A stretch of DNA of 64,000 nucleotides. Origin: an uncultured Methanoregulaceae archaeon. GTDB lineage: Archaea; Halobacteriota; Methanomicrobia; Methanomicrobiales; Methanospirillaceae. Shown here piece by piece: positions 1 through 11,005 of the stretch (within the stretch, counting starts at the first letter, position 1; every line of letters starts with the position of its first letter). The position numbers and the translations under genes were made by a program. The DNA is taken from contig OY970343.1 of assembly GCA_963717525.1 (NCBI GenBank), positions 2,224,004 to 2,288,003 on the forward strand. Reading direction: 5' to 3'. The notes below the pieces were generated by a model. The model made no database searches. It was not told the origin of the DNA and saw only the letters and a list, made by a program, of their open reading frames with translations.

Positions 1-142
1 TGCCCTTGTTTTTCAGCGTATCTTTCCTGCCACCGTCAAACGCGGTGATGTCATCGCGGAACTCGACAATCAGCGTTCCTTTCACGTCGGTGTGATAGAC
101 AGATTTGGCCTTGCCGGTATAGAGGAGTTTTTTCTGCTTCAC
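1..142 (-). CDS. purC: SAICAR synthetase, 5' part (runs off window edge)
   Basis: Manual translation from GTG at 142: [19 protein letters not shown]...[13 protein letters not shown], the PurC N-terminal motif; GTGA overlap with cofG stop. Confidence 0.9.
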   Translation of the reverse strand, partial: MKQKKLLYTGKAKSVYHTDVKGTLIVEFRDDITAFDGGRKDTLKNKG

Positions 143-1128
143 GGTTGGGCGCTCCCTCCTCTCATACATTGGTCGAGCCGGTTTATTAGGGGTTGCAGGC
201 CGGGGTCGTACCAGCCCATGCGGATGAACCGGGGGTAGATGCAGAGGCGCTCTTTGAGTGTCGCATCGCCCACGATCTTTCTGAGTTCATCAAGTGCAGG
301 CCAGGGGTGCTCCGGGTTGACATAATCGATGGTGACCGGGGATATGCCCCCCAAGTCGTCGACCCCGCACCCGATGAGCCGGGAGGCATCGATGAGGTTG
401 GGAGCTACCTGGATAGCGATCTCTTGGGGGAGGATCCGGCGTGCCATTTTTATCGTGTCACAGATCTCCTGCGTTTCCGGAACCCGGAACGCGGCCATTG
501 GGGTGTCGTTCTTGGGACAGAAGTTCTGGAGGATGATCTCCTGGATGTGCCCGTACTTCCGGTGGATGTCCCGGATTGCAATAAGCGAAGCTTCGCGATC
601 GGCTACGGTCTCCCCGATGCCAAGGAGCAGGCCGGTGGTGAACGGAATTTTGAGTTTTCCTGCGTCCTCCATCATCGCAAGGCGCACTTCCGGTTCTTTT
701 CCCTTCGATCCGTTGTGTGCTGGTATCCGTGCTGTGGTTTCGAGCATCAGCCCCATGCTGGCATTCACGGCCCGGAGCCGCTTCATCTCGTCATACGTGA
801 GGATGCCGGCATTCGTATGCGGGAGGATCCCGTGCCGTATGGCGAGCCGGCACATCGCCTCGCAGTAATCGAGGATAGTGTCATACCCGGTCTTTTTCAG
901 GTATGCATCAAACCCCGGTTCTTCCTCCGGGTGCTCGCCAAAAGTAAAGAGCGCCTCGGTACAGCCGGCCTCTCTCCCGCGCACAAGGACGCTCTCCACC
1001 TCATCCGGCAGCATGAGGCAACCGTCCTGGACAGGAGTGCGGAATGAGCAGTACCCGCACCGGTTGCGGCAGACGCTGGTGAGCGGCAGAAAAACGTTTT
1101 TTGTAAAGGTGATCACCCGGTGCTGCAT
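139..1128 (-). CDS. cofG: FO synthase subunit 1 (radical SAM)
   Basis: [24 protein letters not shown] (CxxxCxxC), [33 protein letters not shown]. Confidence 0.95.
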   Translation of the reverse strand: MQHRVITFTKNVFLPLTSVCRNRCGYCSFRTPVQDGCLMLPDEVESVLVRGREAGCTEALFTFGEHPEEEPGFDAYLKKTGYDTILDYCEAMCRLAIRHGILPHTNAGILTYDEMKRLRAVNASMGLMLETTARIPAHNGSKGKEPEVRLAMMEDAGKLKIPFTTGLLLGIGETVADREASLIAIRDIHRKYGHIQEIILQNFCPKNDTPMAAFRVPETQEICDTIKMARRILPQEIAIQVAPNLIDASRLIGCGVDDLGGISPVTIDYVNPEHPWPALDELRKIVGDATLKERLCIYPRFIRMGWYDPGLQPLINRLDQCMRGGSAQP

Positions 1129-1270
1129 ACAATACGGTTCCTTTTGCACAGGTTAAAAACTGGCGGCAGAGGCAGTATACCTGCGGGCATGCGCCACTGC
1201 CGGATGGCATTTATATGATCCCGGCGAGATAGAATGTTCATAGGATACCAGGATTATCCCGTGATACGCC

Positions 1271-2323
1271 GTGATCCCCCTCATTATCATCGATGCAAAG
1301 CTCGACCGCTGTGCAGCGCTTGGAGACTACCTTGCCCGTGCCGGTGCGTACCGCGTGATTACCTCCGCTTCACCCGAGGTGACCATCAGCCGGAGCCTCG
1401 TTGCCGCCCGGGGCGTGGTGATCGCTGTCCAGGATGAGGGAGGAAACGGCATCCTGTTTTTGAGGAATCTGCGGGAGAAAAAGATTGATCTCCCGGTAAT
1501 TATCCTCGCTGCAGCGTATGATCCGGACGATTTCCGCATCGCGGTGGCAAACCGCGCAGAGTATATGGTCATGGCAGGGGCCCCGAATTCCTGGTACCCG
1601 GTGCTCGTGCAGCTGGTTGAGAAGGTGTCATCCATCCGACGGGCACAGGACGAGGTGGCGTTCCTTAACAAAAAACTCGACCTTGTCGGGAGTGTCACCC
1701 GTCACGACGTGATCAACCAGCTTACTGCGGTCAGCGGATATACCGAATTGCTGGAAATGGTCGTTACTGATCCGCAGATGAAATCGTACATTGAAAAAGA
1801 ACGCTTCGCTCTTGATAAGATCCGGCGGCAGTTCCAGTTCGCAAAGGACTACCAGAACCTCGGGACCGAGCATCCGGTCTGGCAGCCCCTCTCATCCGTG
1901 ATCCGGCGTGCCACTGATCTCGTGACCATAAAAGGTGTCACCATCACGGATACCTGCGGAAATGCGTCCGTCTTTGCCGACCCGGTCCTTGAAAAGGCCA
2001 TGGCCCAGCTGCTTGATAACGCCCTTCGCCACGGTCGCACGGTCACGGAGATCCGCATATCAGTGCAGGACGTTGAGATGGGGGGGCTTCTTGTTATCGA
2101 GGACAATGGTGCCGGTATCCCGGCTGCCGACAAGGACCGGATCTTCGAGCGCGGGTTTGGCAGGTATACCGGGTGGGGGCTTTTTCTTACCCGGGAGATG
2201 CTTGCGCTCACCGGTATGACGATTGCCGAGACAGGGGTGCCGGGCAAGGGTGCACGGTTCGAGATCCATATCCCCCCCGAATCATACCGGAAAGAAGGCA
2301 GCGGAAAAACGGCGGCTGCGTGA
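1271..2323 (+). CDS. Sensor histidine kinase with degenerate N-terminal receiver-like domain
   Basis: H-box VTRHDVINQL; N/G boxes QLLDNALRHG, IEDNGAGI, GWGLFL. Confidence 0.9.
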   Translation: MIPLIIIDAKLDRCAALGDYLARAGAYRVITSASPEVTISRSLVAARGVVIAVQDEGGNGILFLRNLREKKIDLPVIILAAAYDPDDFRIAVANRAEYMVMAGAPNSWYPVLVQLVEKVSSIRRAQDEVAFLNKKLDLVGSVTRHDVINQLTAVSGYTELLEMVVTDPQMKSYIEKERFALDKIRRQFQFAKDYQNLGTEHPVWQPLSSVIRRATDLVTIKGVTITDTCGNASVFADPVLEKAMAQLLDNALRHGRTVTEIRISVQDVEMGGLLVIEDNGAGIPAADKDRIFERGFGRYTGWGLFLTREMLALTGMTIAETGVPGKGARFEIHIPPESYRKEGSGKTAAA

Positions 2324-2359
2324 ACGACTGGCGTTGATAGGGATCTGACAGGGATCTTT

Positions 2360-2848
2360 TCACGGATCCCGGATACCCACGTAGATATCCACCTGCGGGT
2401 TCTTTTTATCGGTTAACCGGCTGTCATACACTTCGAAGTCGTAGGTGTACGTCCGGGGCAGGTCAGTTCCCCAGATCCCGGCCCAGATGCTGACCACAGC
2501 ATCCGGCATCGGTCCCCGTGCAGGGAAATATGCATAGGTCTGGGCCGGGATGTGCCGGACGGTCAGGCCCTTGAGCGGGGCCCCGGTTTTTATGACGCCA
2601 CAACCGAGAAGATAGCTGTACTCGCCGGTCCAGTCTGACGCATAGTCAGAGTACACCGCGTACATCACCGGCGGGACGATCCGGTGGGGGACGCGTGCCG
2701 CCACACGAGTTGCAAGAAATTCTTTCCAGCAGGCCGGGATATCAGAAACGCTCCTGCCATCAGCGTTGCAGGTCCGGTACTCGATCCCTACAACTGTACG
2801 TGCAGGGAGCCTGACGGTTGTATAAGGTGGCGCTTCCATATTGCACAT
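2360..2848 (-). CDS. GyrI-like small-molecule/effector-binding protein
   Basis: YAVYSDYASDWTGEYSYLLG, IPAQTYAYF, RTYTYDFEVYD...VDIYVGI. Confidence 0.85.
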   Translation of the reverse strand: MCNMEAPPYTTVRLPARTVVGIEYRTCNADGRSVSDIPACWKEFLATRVAARVPHRIVPPVMYAVYSDYASDWTGEYSYLLGCGVIKTGAPLKGLTVRHIPAQTYAYFPARGPMPDAVVSIWAGIWGTDLPRTYTYDFEVYDSRLTDKKNPQVDIYVGIRDP

Positions 2849-2943
2849 TATTGCCGGCGGATGATGTTAAAACCTGTATCCCGGGTATGCGTACGGGAGA
2901 AATCAGCACCTTTTTTTGATCGTCCTGCATATGAGCGTATCAC

Positions 2944-3587
2944 ATGTGTCCCCATGCACTGATTCCCTTTAAGCCAGCGGGTCCCAAGAGCCGCTCTCCG
3001 GGATACTCTCACCGGAGGAGCGGGAAGCATTTGCCCGTGCGATGCTCGAGGACGTTATCGCTGCGGCAAAGGATGCGAACTGCAGCCCGGTGATCGTTGC
3101 AACCGAGCTCTACGATTCCGAGGACATCCAGGTTACCATCGCAGACAAGGACCTGAGCGGGGCGTTAAACGAGGTGCTCTCGCAGGCAGTAGGGTCGGTC
3201 CTGATCCTCATGGCCGACCTCCCTCTCGCCACCGGGCCGGCTATCCAGCGGGTAGTCACTACAAAAAGCAATATTGCGATCGTCCCCGGAAGGGGCGGGG
3301 GAACAAATGCGATCTTTGTGGCCGAACCTGCAAAATTCCACGTCGATTACTACGGGATGAGTTTTTCAAAGCACCTGCGAATCGCACAGGAAGCCGGGCT
3401 TTCCTGTGAGGTGATCGATTCGTTCCTGCTCCACACGGACATCGATGAAGAGGAAGACCTGGTAGAACTCCTGACCCATGGGACGGGTAAAAGCAGGAAA
3501 TACCTTGAAGATCTCGGCTTTACCCTCTCCGCAGAGAACGGCCGGGTCAGTGTGAAGCGGAAGAATGTATCCTCTCCGCGTGCCTGA
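2944..3587 (+). CDS. cofC: 2-phospho-L-lactate/PEP guanylyltransferase (frameshift near 2993, probably assembly error)
   Basis: MCPHALIPFKPAGPKSR / LSGILSPEEREAFARAMLEDV; MADLPL, PGRGGGTNA, DIDEEEDL. Confidence 0.9.
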
Positions 3588-3761
3588 TCCGTTTTTTCTG
3601 GATGACAGTTCAGGCAAACCTTTGCACCGCATACCAAAACCGTCTTCCCTTTTTTCAGGCACCACAATACCCGCTGGTACTCTATCCTAAAGTGCATCGT
3701 GCGCAAATACATGGAGTGTCAGACAAAATTATCCGGCATATATTCCGGACCGGTGAAGACC

Positions 3762-5551
3762 TTGGAAACAACAGCACAACCGGAACCAGGTTCCCGCATG
3801 CCTGCCGGTGAACCGGCAGCCCCTGCCCGGGAGCCGGGTACAAATGGATCGCGCTCTCGAATACCACGATCGCCATGTTCATGGCGGCGGTGAATGGGAG
3901 TATCATCCTGATCTCCCTTCCCGCGATCTTCAATGGTATCAATATTAACCCGCTCACCTCGTTCCAGTACCTGCTCTGGATCCTGATGGGCTACGGGATT
4001 GTGACTGCCACCCTTCTCCTCAGTTTCGGGAGGCTCTCGGACATATACGGGCGTGTGAGGCTCTATAATATCGGGTTTGCCATCTTCACGGCAGGCTCCA
4101 TTCTTCTTTTCCTGACCCCGGGTACGGGTGACGCCGGGGCAATCGAGCTCATCGTCTTCCGGATCATTCAGGCCATCGGAGCGGCGTTTATCTTCTCCAA
4201 CAGTGCAGCGATCCTTACCGATGCATTCCCCCCTGACGAGCGGGGAAAAGCCCTCGGTCTCAACCAGGTGGCGGCACTGTCGGGACAGTTTATCGGCCTT
4301 TTGATCGGCGGGATCCTTGCGGTCTTCAACTGGCGGTACGTCTTTTTGATCAGTGTGCCATTCGGCGTTATCGGGACTATCTGGGCCTTCCTGAAACTCA
4401 AGGAGCCGGCTTACCAGAAACGCTCCCGGAAGATCGATATCTGGGGGAATCTCTCTTTTATTGGCGGCCTGACCATTTTCCTTGTCGGCATAACCTACGC
4501 CCTGTTGCCGTATGGCAGTGCATCGATGGGCTGGGGGAACCCATGGGTCATTACCGCGCTCGTGACCGGCGTCCTGCTCCTTGTGGCATTCCCCATCATA
4601 GAGACCCGTGTCAGTGACCCGATGTTCTGCATGGATCTTTTTAAAATCCGGAACTTTGCCTTCGGGAATGCTGCCGGTTTTATATCAGCCCTTGCCCGGG
4701 GTGGGGTGATGGTCGTGTTGATCATCCTGCTCCAGGGGATCTGGCTGCCGCTGCACGGGTACAGCTTTGAGTCGACGCCGTTCTGGGCCGGGGTCTATAT
4801 GCTGCCGCTTACCATTGGGTTTGTGGTGATGGGCCCGCTTTCCGGTATTATATCAGATAAGTATGGAGCCCGTTGGATCAGCACCCTTGGCATGGTGCTT
4901 GTCGGCATCTCATTTCTGATCCTCGCCATACTGCCGTATAACTTCAGTTACCTCCCCTTTGCCCTGGCCCTCCTGATCATGGGCCTTGGGAACGGGATGT
5001 TCTCCTCTCCGAACGCAGCGGCGATCATGAATTCCGTGCCCCCTCACCAGCGCGGGGTTACCTCCGGGATGATGTCGACACTCGTGAACTCCGGCTTTGT
5101 CCTCTCCATGGGGATGTTTTTCACGATTATCGTTGTAGGTCTCACGAACGCGTTTCCCCCGGCGTTATCGTCTGCACTCGCTGCTGTAAACGCAACGCAG
5201 CTGGCCCCTGCGCTCAGCGCCATACCCCCGACCGGTGCGTTGTTTGCGGCATTCCTTGGGTATAACCCGGTCCAGATGACCATGACCGCACTCTCCCCGG
5301 CTCTGCTTGCCACCGTCGCTCCGGCGACCATTGCTACCCTCACCGGTGTGGTCTGGTTTCCGGCGACACTCGCAGGGGCCTTCATGCCCTCACTGGCACT
5401 TTCATTTTACATCGGCGCAGGGATCTCATTTGTCGCTGCGGTGCTCTGCGCGATGCGGGGCGAAAAATATGTCGAGGAGATCGATGGGACTGCCCGGACC
5501 AATGGTTCCGGCACCGATCCGCAAGAAGTATCTGGAGTGAATGTCAAGTAG
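3762..5551 (+). CDS. MFS transporter, DHA2/EmrB-like 14-TM (frameshift near 3837)
   Basis: [36 protein letters not shown] motif A; many TM helices. Confidence 0.9.
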
Positions 5552-5587
5552 GAGTGTCTGAATTAAAAAGGGGAGGTACATCGTTCG

Positions 5588-6019
5588 ATGACTGAAGAAC
5601 TGTTTGGCAGGATCCTGATCGCAACGGACGGCTCAGAGAAGAACCGGGCAGCCCTTGAAGAAGGAATAAGGGTTGCGCGTGCATGCCGGGCTTCTGTGTT
5701 TGTGGCCTACGTAATCGATACCGGCACGTTCTCAACGATGTCGGGGGATATCCCACTCGGGGATACCTACCGCGTTTTCAAGAGTGAGGCAGAGCAGGCA
5801 TTTGCCCGGATTCACTCCCTGGCCGGCGATATGAATGTTGAGACTGCGATCCTTGAGGGTCGTCCTGCAACCGAGATGGTGAAGTTTGCCGCGAGAAAAA
5901 AGATCGACCTGATCGTGATCGGAACGCAGGGAAAACGGGGGCTGGAACGCCTCCTCTTGGGGAGCGTGGCAGAAGAGATCATACGCTCTGCTCCCTGCAA
6001 GGTGCTCGTGGTGAAGTGA
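5588..6019 (+). CDS. Universal stress protein (UspA family)
   Basis: ILIATDGSE, DLIVIGTQGKRGLERLLLGSVAEEIIRSAPCKVLVV. Confidence 0.95.
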   Translation: MTEELFGRILIATDGSEKNRAALEEGIRVARACRASVFVAYVIDTGTFSTMSGDIPLGDTYRVFKSEAEQAFARIHSLAGDMNVETAILEGRPATEMVKFAARKKIDLIVIGTQGKRGLERLLLGSVAEEIIRSAPCKVLVVK

Positions 6020-6091
6020 CCTCTCCCCTTTTTGCACCGGACTTTTTTGTCATGCACACGTCTTTAAAAGCCCGGCATCCACCTGTATGTA

Positions 6092-6352
6092 ATGTTCCTT
6101 CCTGACTGGTTTACCCCCATTCTCATCGGGATTGATGTGCTGGTGGTAATCTACGGGCTCCGGGTAGCCGTCACCGGGAAAAAGGCGTATGGCTGGTTCC
6201 TTGCGCTGGCGTTCTTTTTATTTGGCCTCAAGGAAATGCTGCCCTATAACGGGGTTAACCTGCCCCCCGTCCCTGTGCTGGTCCTGTCTGTCGCCGGTCT
6301 TGCCTCTGCGCTCTTTGCGTTTTACCTGCTCGTCAAATCGCTTCCCTCGTAA
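6092..6352 (+). CDS. Small 3-TM membrane protein
   Basis: Three hydrophobic segments; KKAYGWFLALAF resembles the protein at 37073-37342. Confidence 0.75.
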   Translation: MFLPDWFTPILIGIDVLVVIYGLRVAVTGKKAYGWFLALAFFLFGLKEMLPYNGVNLPPVPVLVLSVAGLASALFAFYLLVKSLPS

Positions 6353-6406
6353 GGGAGGAGCGCGTCTGGTTTATCCGGTAAGTCAAGGCTGTATTCTGCG
6401 CCCGGG

Positions 6407-7054
6407 TCACACCTTTTTTACAAGGTCGGGATGCGAGTTCCGGAACCGGATGAGCCCGTCACAGAACTCGCCCAGGTACTCGTCCATCGAGAGGCTCCCC
6501 TCCTGGAACCGGCACTCCTCTTCCTCGATCACCTGGTTGATCATACCTGTTGTCGGGAGGAGCAGGTCTATGGGCACTCCGGATTTTTCCGAGCCCCGTA
6601 CCAGCGCCTCGCGGAAGAGGCCGATGCAATAGGCGATCCGGTACCTGTACACATGCCGGGTCTTTGCGAGGTATCCTGCCACACGGTCGGTCTCGATCGA
6701 CAGGAAGTCAGCCTTGACCTTCTCATCATTCACTTTCCCGAGCATGTACTTGTAGTGTGCATAGGGATACATCGTCTCGAGCTCGGCGGGCACGATCCCG
6801 CAGGTGCCAAAGATGACAATATGGTACTGTGCCTCATCAAACACCTGCGAGATGATCATCCGGATAAGCTGGTGGCTTGGGCTTGAACTGTAGGGTTTTC
6901 TCACCGCACAGGGCATAAAGATCGCGATATCCTTGGGCTGGACTTCGTACTCATTGATGATGTACCGGTAGGACTGCTCGAACTCCTCCAGGTAGAACGG
7001 CGGGCCAGTGAGGATAGGCGTGTCCGGGTCGTTGCGGGGTCCGGGTCTTCCCAT
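6407..7054 (-). CDS. Stand-alone ArcS/TgtA2-like (DUF5591-type) domain protein
   Basis: IAIFMPCAVRKPYSSSPSH and GIVPAELETMYPYAHY resemble archaeosine synthase central-domain motifs. Confidence 0.75.
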   Translation of the reverse strand: MGRPGPRNDPDTPILTGPPFYLEEFEQSYRYIINEYEVQPKDIAIFMPCAVRKPYSSSPSHQLIRMIISQVFDEAQYHIVIFGTCGIVPAELETMYPYAHYKYMLGKVNDEKVKADFLSIETDRVAGYLAKTRHVYRYRIAYCIGLFREALVRGSEKSGVPIDLLLPTTGMINQVIEEEECRFQEGSLSMDEYLGEFCDGLIRFRNSHPDLVKKV

Positions 7055-7298
7055 GGATCTTCCTAACAAGATCAATCACGCACCAGATGAAACAACCGGT
7101 CATAACGGATCTGTGCGGGCTTTCCCCGGCTCATCCAGCCGGCTATGATCAGGCCGGGGAGTGGGGTACTCGGCGCTTCATGAACCGCAGGTTTTTATCC
7201 CGGGATACCCTTCGTAAAACAGGATAATTGAGGCGATGGATTTTTATTATTTCCATAAATATACTGCTCTACGCATGTACAATACGCTCGATCCTGAT

Positions 7299-7484
7299 AT
7301 GAAGCACCATACGCTGTATTTTCTGGGCGGTTTCGCTGCGGTGGCTGTCGGTTTTGCCGCGCTGCTCGCAGGTTTTTTTTCTGACCAGGAAGCAATAATG
7401 TACTCAGGTGCGGTTTTCATTTGCGGTGCAGCAGCAGTGCAGAGTGTCCTGCTCCTGTCTCAGTCCCGCCCCCGCCAGGATTAA
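7299..7484 (+). CDS. Small 2-TM hypothetical protein
   Basis: Hydrophobic ORF MKHHTLYFLGGFAAV... Confidence 0.55.
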   Translation: MKHHTLYFLGGFAAVAVGFAALLAGFFSDQEAIMYSGAVFICGAAAVQSVLLLSQSRPRQD

Positions 7485-7490
7485 CGGTCC

Positions 7491-7859
7491 ATGTTTACAA
7501 GAGAACCAGTATCCCCCTGTTCCGGGATCCTTTATGCAGATCACCTGGTCACTATCACCGGTGAGAGCATCACATTTGCGTACTACTCGTTTCCCTTTGC
7601 AGGGAGCAGGACGGTCGCTTTTTCTGATATCGATCATATCATGGTCATGGAGCCTTCCCTGATAAACGGCAAATGGCGGATCTGGGGTTCCGGGGACCTG
7701 CGCACCTGGTTCCCGCTTGATATCCACCGGCCCTCGCGAGACCGGATATTTTTAATGACCCTGAAGTCCAGGCGCACGAGGATCGGATTTACTGTTGAGG
7801 ATTCATCACGTGTCATCGCTCTTCTCGAAGAGCACGGGCTGCTCGGCAGTGTATCGTAA
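7491..7859 (+). CDS. Hypothetical protein, possible bacterial PH-like fold
   Basis: KWRIWGSGDLRTWFPLD...IGFTVED; beta-rich with C-terminal helix. Confidence 0.7.
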   Translation: MFTREPVSPCSGILYADHLVTITGESITFAYYSFPFAGSRTVAFSDIDHIMVMEPSLINGKWRIWGSGDLRTWFPLDIHRPSRDRIFLMTLKSRRTRIGFTVEDSSRVIALLEEHGLLGSVS

Positions 7860-8110
7860 AAACACACCGTGTCACCTGATGGATCGCGATGACCGGGCAC
7901 CACACCGGTAACTCCGCCCCCCCGGGAAAGACCCACCTTGCTATGGTATAAAGCAGACCACGGTACCAGGTGCCGGAGGGGATACCCGCAGTGTACCCTG
8001 TATCACCCTGTACAGGCACTCTGTACCACCGAACCATCTGTTTTTTCTCTCTATGCAGGCATATTCTTTTCAGAACAACATCCTGAAGAAAAACACTGGT
8101 GAGAAACGAT

Positions 8111-8491
8111 ATGCGGTGGTACATCTGGGCCCTGGTACTGGTGATCGCCTGTGCCCTGGGGGCCGGCTGCCTCTCTTCCCGGGGCCAGAATACTCAGATT
8201 ACGGTCATGAGCGAGGAACTGGACTCATTCAATCCGGTGAACGTCGGGTCGTTCGATTTCTACACTGCCGATATCCGGGTCGAAAATCCCACCAACCTGA
8301 CATTTGATAACGTCGAGATCCAGGTCCATCTGATGCCAACGACCGCATACTGCCATTCCCAGTCAGCGACCTTTGATATCCCTTCGATGACGCCCTACCA
8401 GAAATTGAAGGAGACATTCTCCTTCTCCGAGTTCGCCGATCTGGACTGCGCGTATAACTTCTCCTCATCGGTGACGTCAGATCAGCCTTAG
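8111..8491 (+). CDS. Putative lipoprotein
   Basis: Signal peptide with lipobox-like LGAGC, followed by a beta-rich domain. Confidence 0.7.
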   Translation: MRWYIWALVLVIACALGAGCLSSRGQNTQITVMSEELDSFNPVNVGSFDFYTADIRVENPTNLTFDNVEIQVHLMPTTAYCHSQSATFDIPSMTPYQKLKETFSFSEFADLDCAYNFSSSVTSDQP

Positions 8492-8569
8492 ACCCCGAAA
8501 AAGCCGGCCATGGGGCCGGGAAAAAGTGAGAAGAACGGGTCGGAATATCATCGCAGGGATTGCCGGGTT

Positions 8570-9340
8570 TCAGGTCCGGTTGTTGCGGAAGACGCCCATG
8601 AAAAGGCATTCGTCTGCAGCAATGGTATCGACGCCCACCAGATCCCCGATCGGCATCCCGAGTCCCCGGACGATCGCGGCAGGTGTGCACTCGTCTGCCT
8701 CGCCCATGACGAGTTCGGCGGCCGATGCGATATTGTCGGCAACAGCCCTTTTGGTCACTTCCAGTTTGCGGCCGAATAGGTCGCACCGCCCGCGGTCATC
8801 AATGACGGAGGTGATGCCGGCGCAGCCGATGGCCACCCCGGAGCACCCGAGGCGCATCGCGTGCGTGCGGCTGTCAGCGATGATCACCCCGATGTTGGCA
8901 TGGCACCGGTGGGCGATCTCGTCTTTTATGCGTACAGCGCTTGCATTGGGATCCACGGGCAGGGGCACGATGCACCCGGGGGGAGCGTTCGAGGCATCTA
9001 CGCCCGCGTTCGGGAGAAGTGTACCCTGCTTCATGCAGAGCAGAAAGCCCGGGATACCGCCGACTATTTCGTCACTCTCGGCTAGGACGACCTCGACGGT
9101 GCGGGGGTCCATGTGGTAGCGTCCTGCCAGTTCCTGTGCACGCGGGGAGGGGGTGATCGTATCGAGCCTGACCACGTTTCCTTCGGCGGTAGCTACCGCG
9201 GTCTCGGCAAGGACAAGAATGTCCCCGTCCGCAAACCCGCCGCAGGCCGCGTCAGCCGCCGCGATGATCCGGTCGGTGAACGGGTCGTGGGGCCGGATAA
9301 TGCCCGTGGAGAGGCCGGTGATAGTAAACGAGGAGTTCAT
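8570..9340 (-). CDS. cofE: CofE-family gamma-glutamyl ligase (F420-0:Glu ligase or FolC2-like folate ligase)
   Basis: GDILVLAETAVATAEG, PNAGVDASN, VIIADSR...RLG, DLFGRKLEVT...ADNIASAAELVMGEADECTP. Confidence 0.85.
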   Translation of the reverse strand: MNSSFTITGLSTGIIRPHDPFTDRIIAAADAACGGFADGDILVLAETAVATAEGNVVRLDTITPSPRAQELAGRYHMDPRTVEVVLAESDEIVGGIPGFLLCMKQGTLLPNAGVDASNAPPGCIVPLPVDPNASAVRIKDEIAHRCHANIGVIIADSRTHAMRLGCSGVAIGCAGITSVIDDRGRCDLFGRKLEVTKRAVADNIASAAELVMGEADECTPAAIVRGLGMPIGDLVGVDTIAADECLFMGVFRNNRT

Positions 9341-10152
9341 GCCCCTTTCACCATCTGCTCGTATACCCTCACTATATCCCGGGTGGCTGCCACGTCATGC
9401 GTCCGGATGACCGATGCGCCCTTTTCGAGCAGCTTCATGGTTACGGCAAGCGTGCCCGGCAGCCGGTCCTCCGGCTCGCGGTTGAGGAGCATCCCGATAA
9501 AGGTCTTCCGTGAAACGGCTGCAAGGACCGGGCGGTCGAATCGCAGGAATTCATCGAAATGCCGGCAGAGTTCCCAGTCATCCTCTACCGAACGGAACGG
9601 GGTCCAGATGCCGACCCCGGGGTCGAGCACGTACTCATTCACCCCGGCCGTTTCGCACCGTTTGATAACTCCTTCGAGCGACGCAATCGTTGCATCGACC
9701 CCGATTGGATCTCCCGGTACCCGGTATGTGGCCATCACAAACGCGGGGAGTCCGGCGTCCGCGACCTTTTTTGCATAGGCCGGTGAGACAAAACCGCTGA
9801 TGTCGTTTGCCGCATGGATATCATGCTTCAGGCAGACATCGAGGACGCCCGGGTGCATCGTGTCGACCGAGAGGGTGATCCCGCTCCCGTCCAGTTCCTT
9901 TAAGGCGGCATCGATCCGTTCCGCCTCTTCCTTCCCGCTGATCGGCTGCGTGTTGGGGGCAGTGCTCCGTGCGCCGATATCGATCATGTCAGCGCCCTGC
10001 TCGACCATCGCTACGGCGGTCGCATGGACCTCCTCAATAGGGATATACGAATTCAGGTAGAACGACTCGCCGCTGCAGTTGATAACTCCCATAAGGCGTG
10101 GCGGGGCGCCCCCACCGATATCGAGTTTGTTGACCCGGCAGGACCTCATCAT
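9337..10152 (-). CDS. folP: Dihydropteroate synthase (bacterial-type FolP fold)
   Basis: [50 protein letters not shown]. Confidence 0.9.
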   Translation of the reverse strand: MMRSCRVNKLDIGGGAPPRLMGVINCSGESFYLNSYIPIEEVHATAVAMVEQGADMIDIGARSTAPNTQPISGKEEAERIDAALKELDGSGITLSVDTMHPGVLDVCLKHDIHAANDISGFVSPAYAKKVADAGLPAFVMATYRVPGDPIGVDATIASLEGVIKRCETAGVNEYVLDPGVGIWTPFRSVEDDWELCRHFDEFLRFDRPVLAAVSRKTFIGMLLNREPEDRLPGTLAVTMKLLEKGASVIRTHDVAATRDIVRVYEQMVKGA

Positions 10153-10991
10153 GGCACCCTCATCGACGCCGCGGCAAAGGTGTTCTCCATGAGCGTTGCA
10201 ATCGTCATCGGGCCCACACCGCCGGGGACCGGGGTGATGGCCGATGCGATCTTTTTAACCGCTTCAAAGTCCACGTCCCCGACCAGCTTCCCGTTGAGCT
10301 GGTTGATGCCGACATCGATTACAACCGCTTCGGGCTTGAGCATGTCGGGCGTGATGAAATGCGCCTTTCCTATCGCCGAGACAAGGATGTCTGCCTGCCT
10401 GAGTTCCGCGGGAAGATCCCGGGTCCTGCTGTGGCAGAGTGTTACGGTCGCGTCGGCATTGGTCAGGAGTGCCGCCATCGGCCTCCCGACATCGATGCTC
10501 CGCCCGGCAACAACGGCCCTGGCGCCGGCAATGGGGATCTTATACTCTGCAAGCAGGGTCATGATCCCCTTGGGGGTACAAGGAGCAAAACGGGGTTTAC
10601 CGCTCATCAACAGGCCGAGGTTCGTGGGGTGAAACCCGTCGACGTCCTTCTCTGTTTTTACCGCGGCAATCACCCGGTCGGTATCGATCTGTTTTGGCAG
10701 GGGGAGCTGGACGAGGATCCCATTGATCTCCGTATCCTGGTTAAGACGGGTGATCGCCTCGATCACTTTCTCCGTGGTCGCCTCGCCGGGGATCTCGATC
10801 CCGACAGAGCCGATGCCCACCCGTTCGCAGGCCCGGTGCTTCATACGCACGTACATCTGTGACGCCGGGTCGCTGCCTGCGATCACGGTGGCAAGCCTGG
10901 GGTAAAGCCCCGACTCACCGATCGCTTCCTTGAGGAGTTCGAGCCGCTTTTCCGAAACCGCTTTCCCGTCAAGGATGATGGCCATCGTCAC
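10149..10991 (-). CDS. folD: Methylene-THF dehydrogenase/cyclohydrolase
   Basis: [40 protein letters not shown]. Confidence 0.97.
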   Translation of the reverse strand: MTMAIILDGKAVSEKRLELLKEAIGESGLYPRLATVIAGSDPASQMYVRMKHRACERVGIGSVGIEIPGEATTEKVIEAITRLNQDTEINGILVQLPLPKQIDTDRVIAAVKTEKDVDGFHPTNLGLLMSGKPRFAPCTPKGIMTLLAEYKIPIAGARAVVAGRSIDVGRPMAALLTNADATVTLCHSRTRDLPAELRQADILVSAIGKAHFITPDMLKPEAVVIDVGINQLNGKLVGDVDFEAVKKIASAITPVPGGVGPMTIATLMENTFAAASMRVP

Positions 10992-11005
10992 ACCCTCACC
11001 CGGTA

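Noticed and set aside
7990..8030. Short CCCTGTA/CTGTAC repeats
   Set aside because: Too short and irregular for CRISPR or iterons; no CRISPR array seen anywhere in the window
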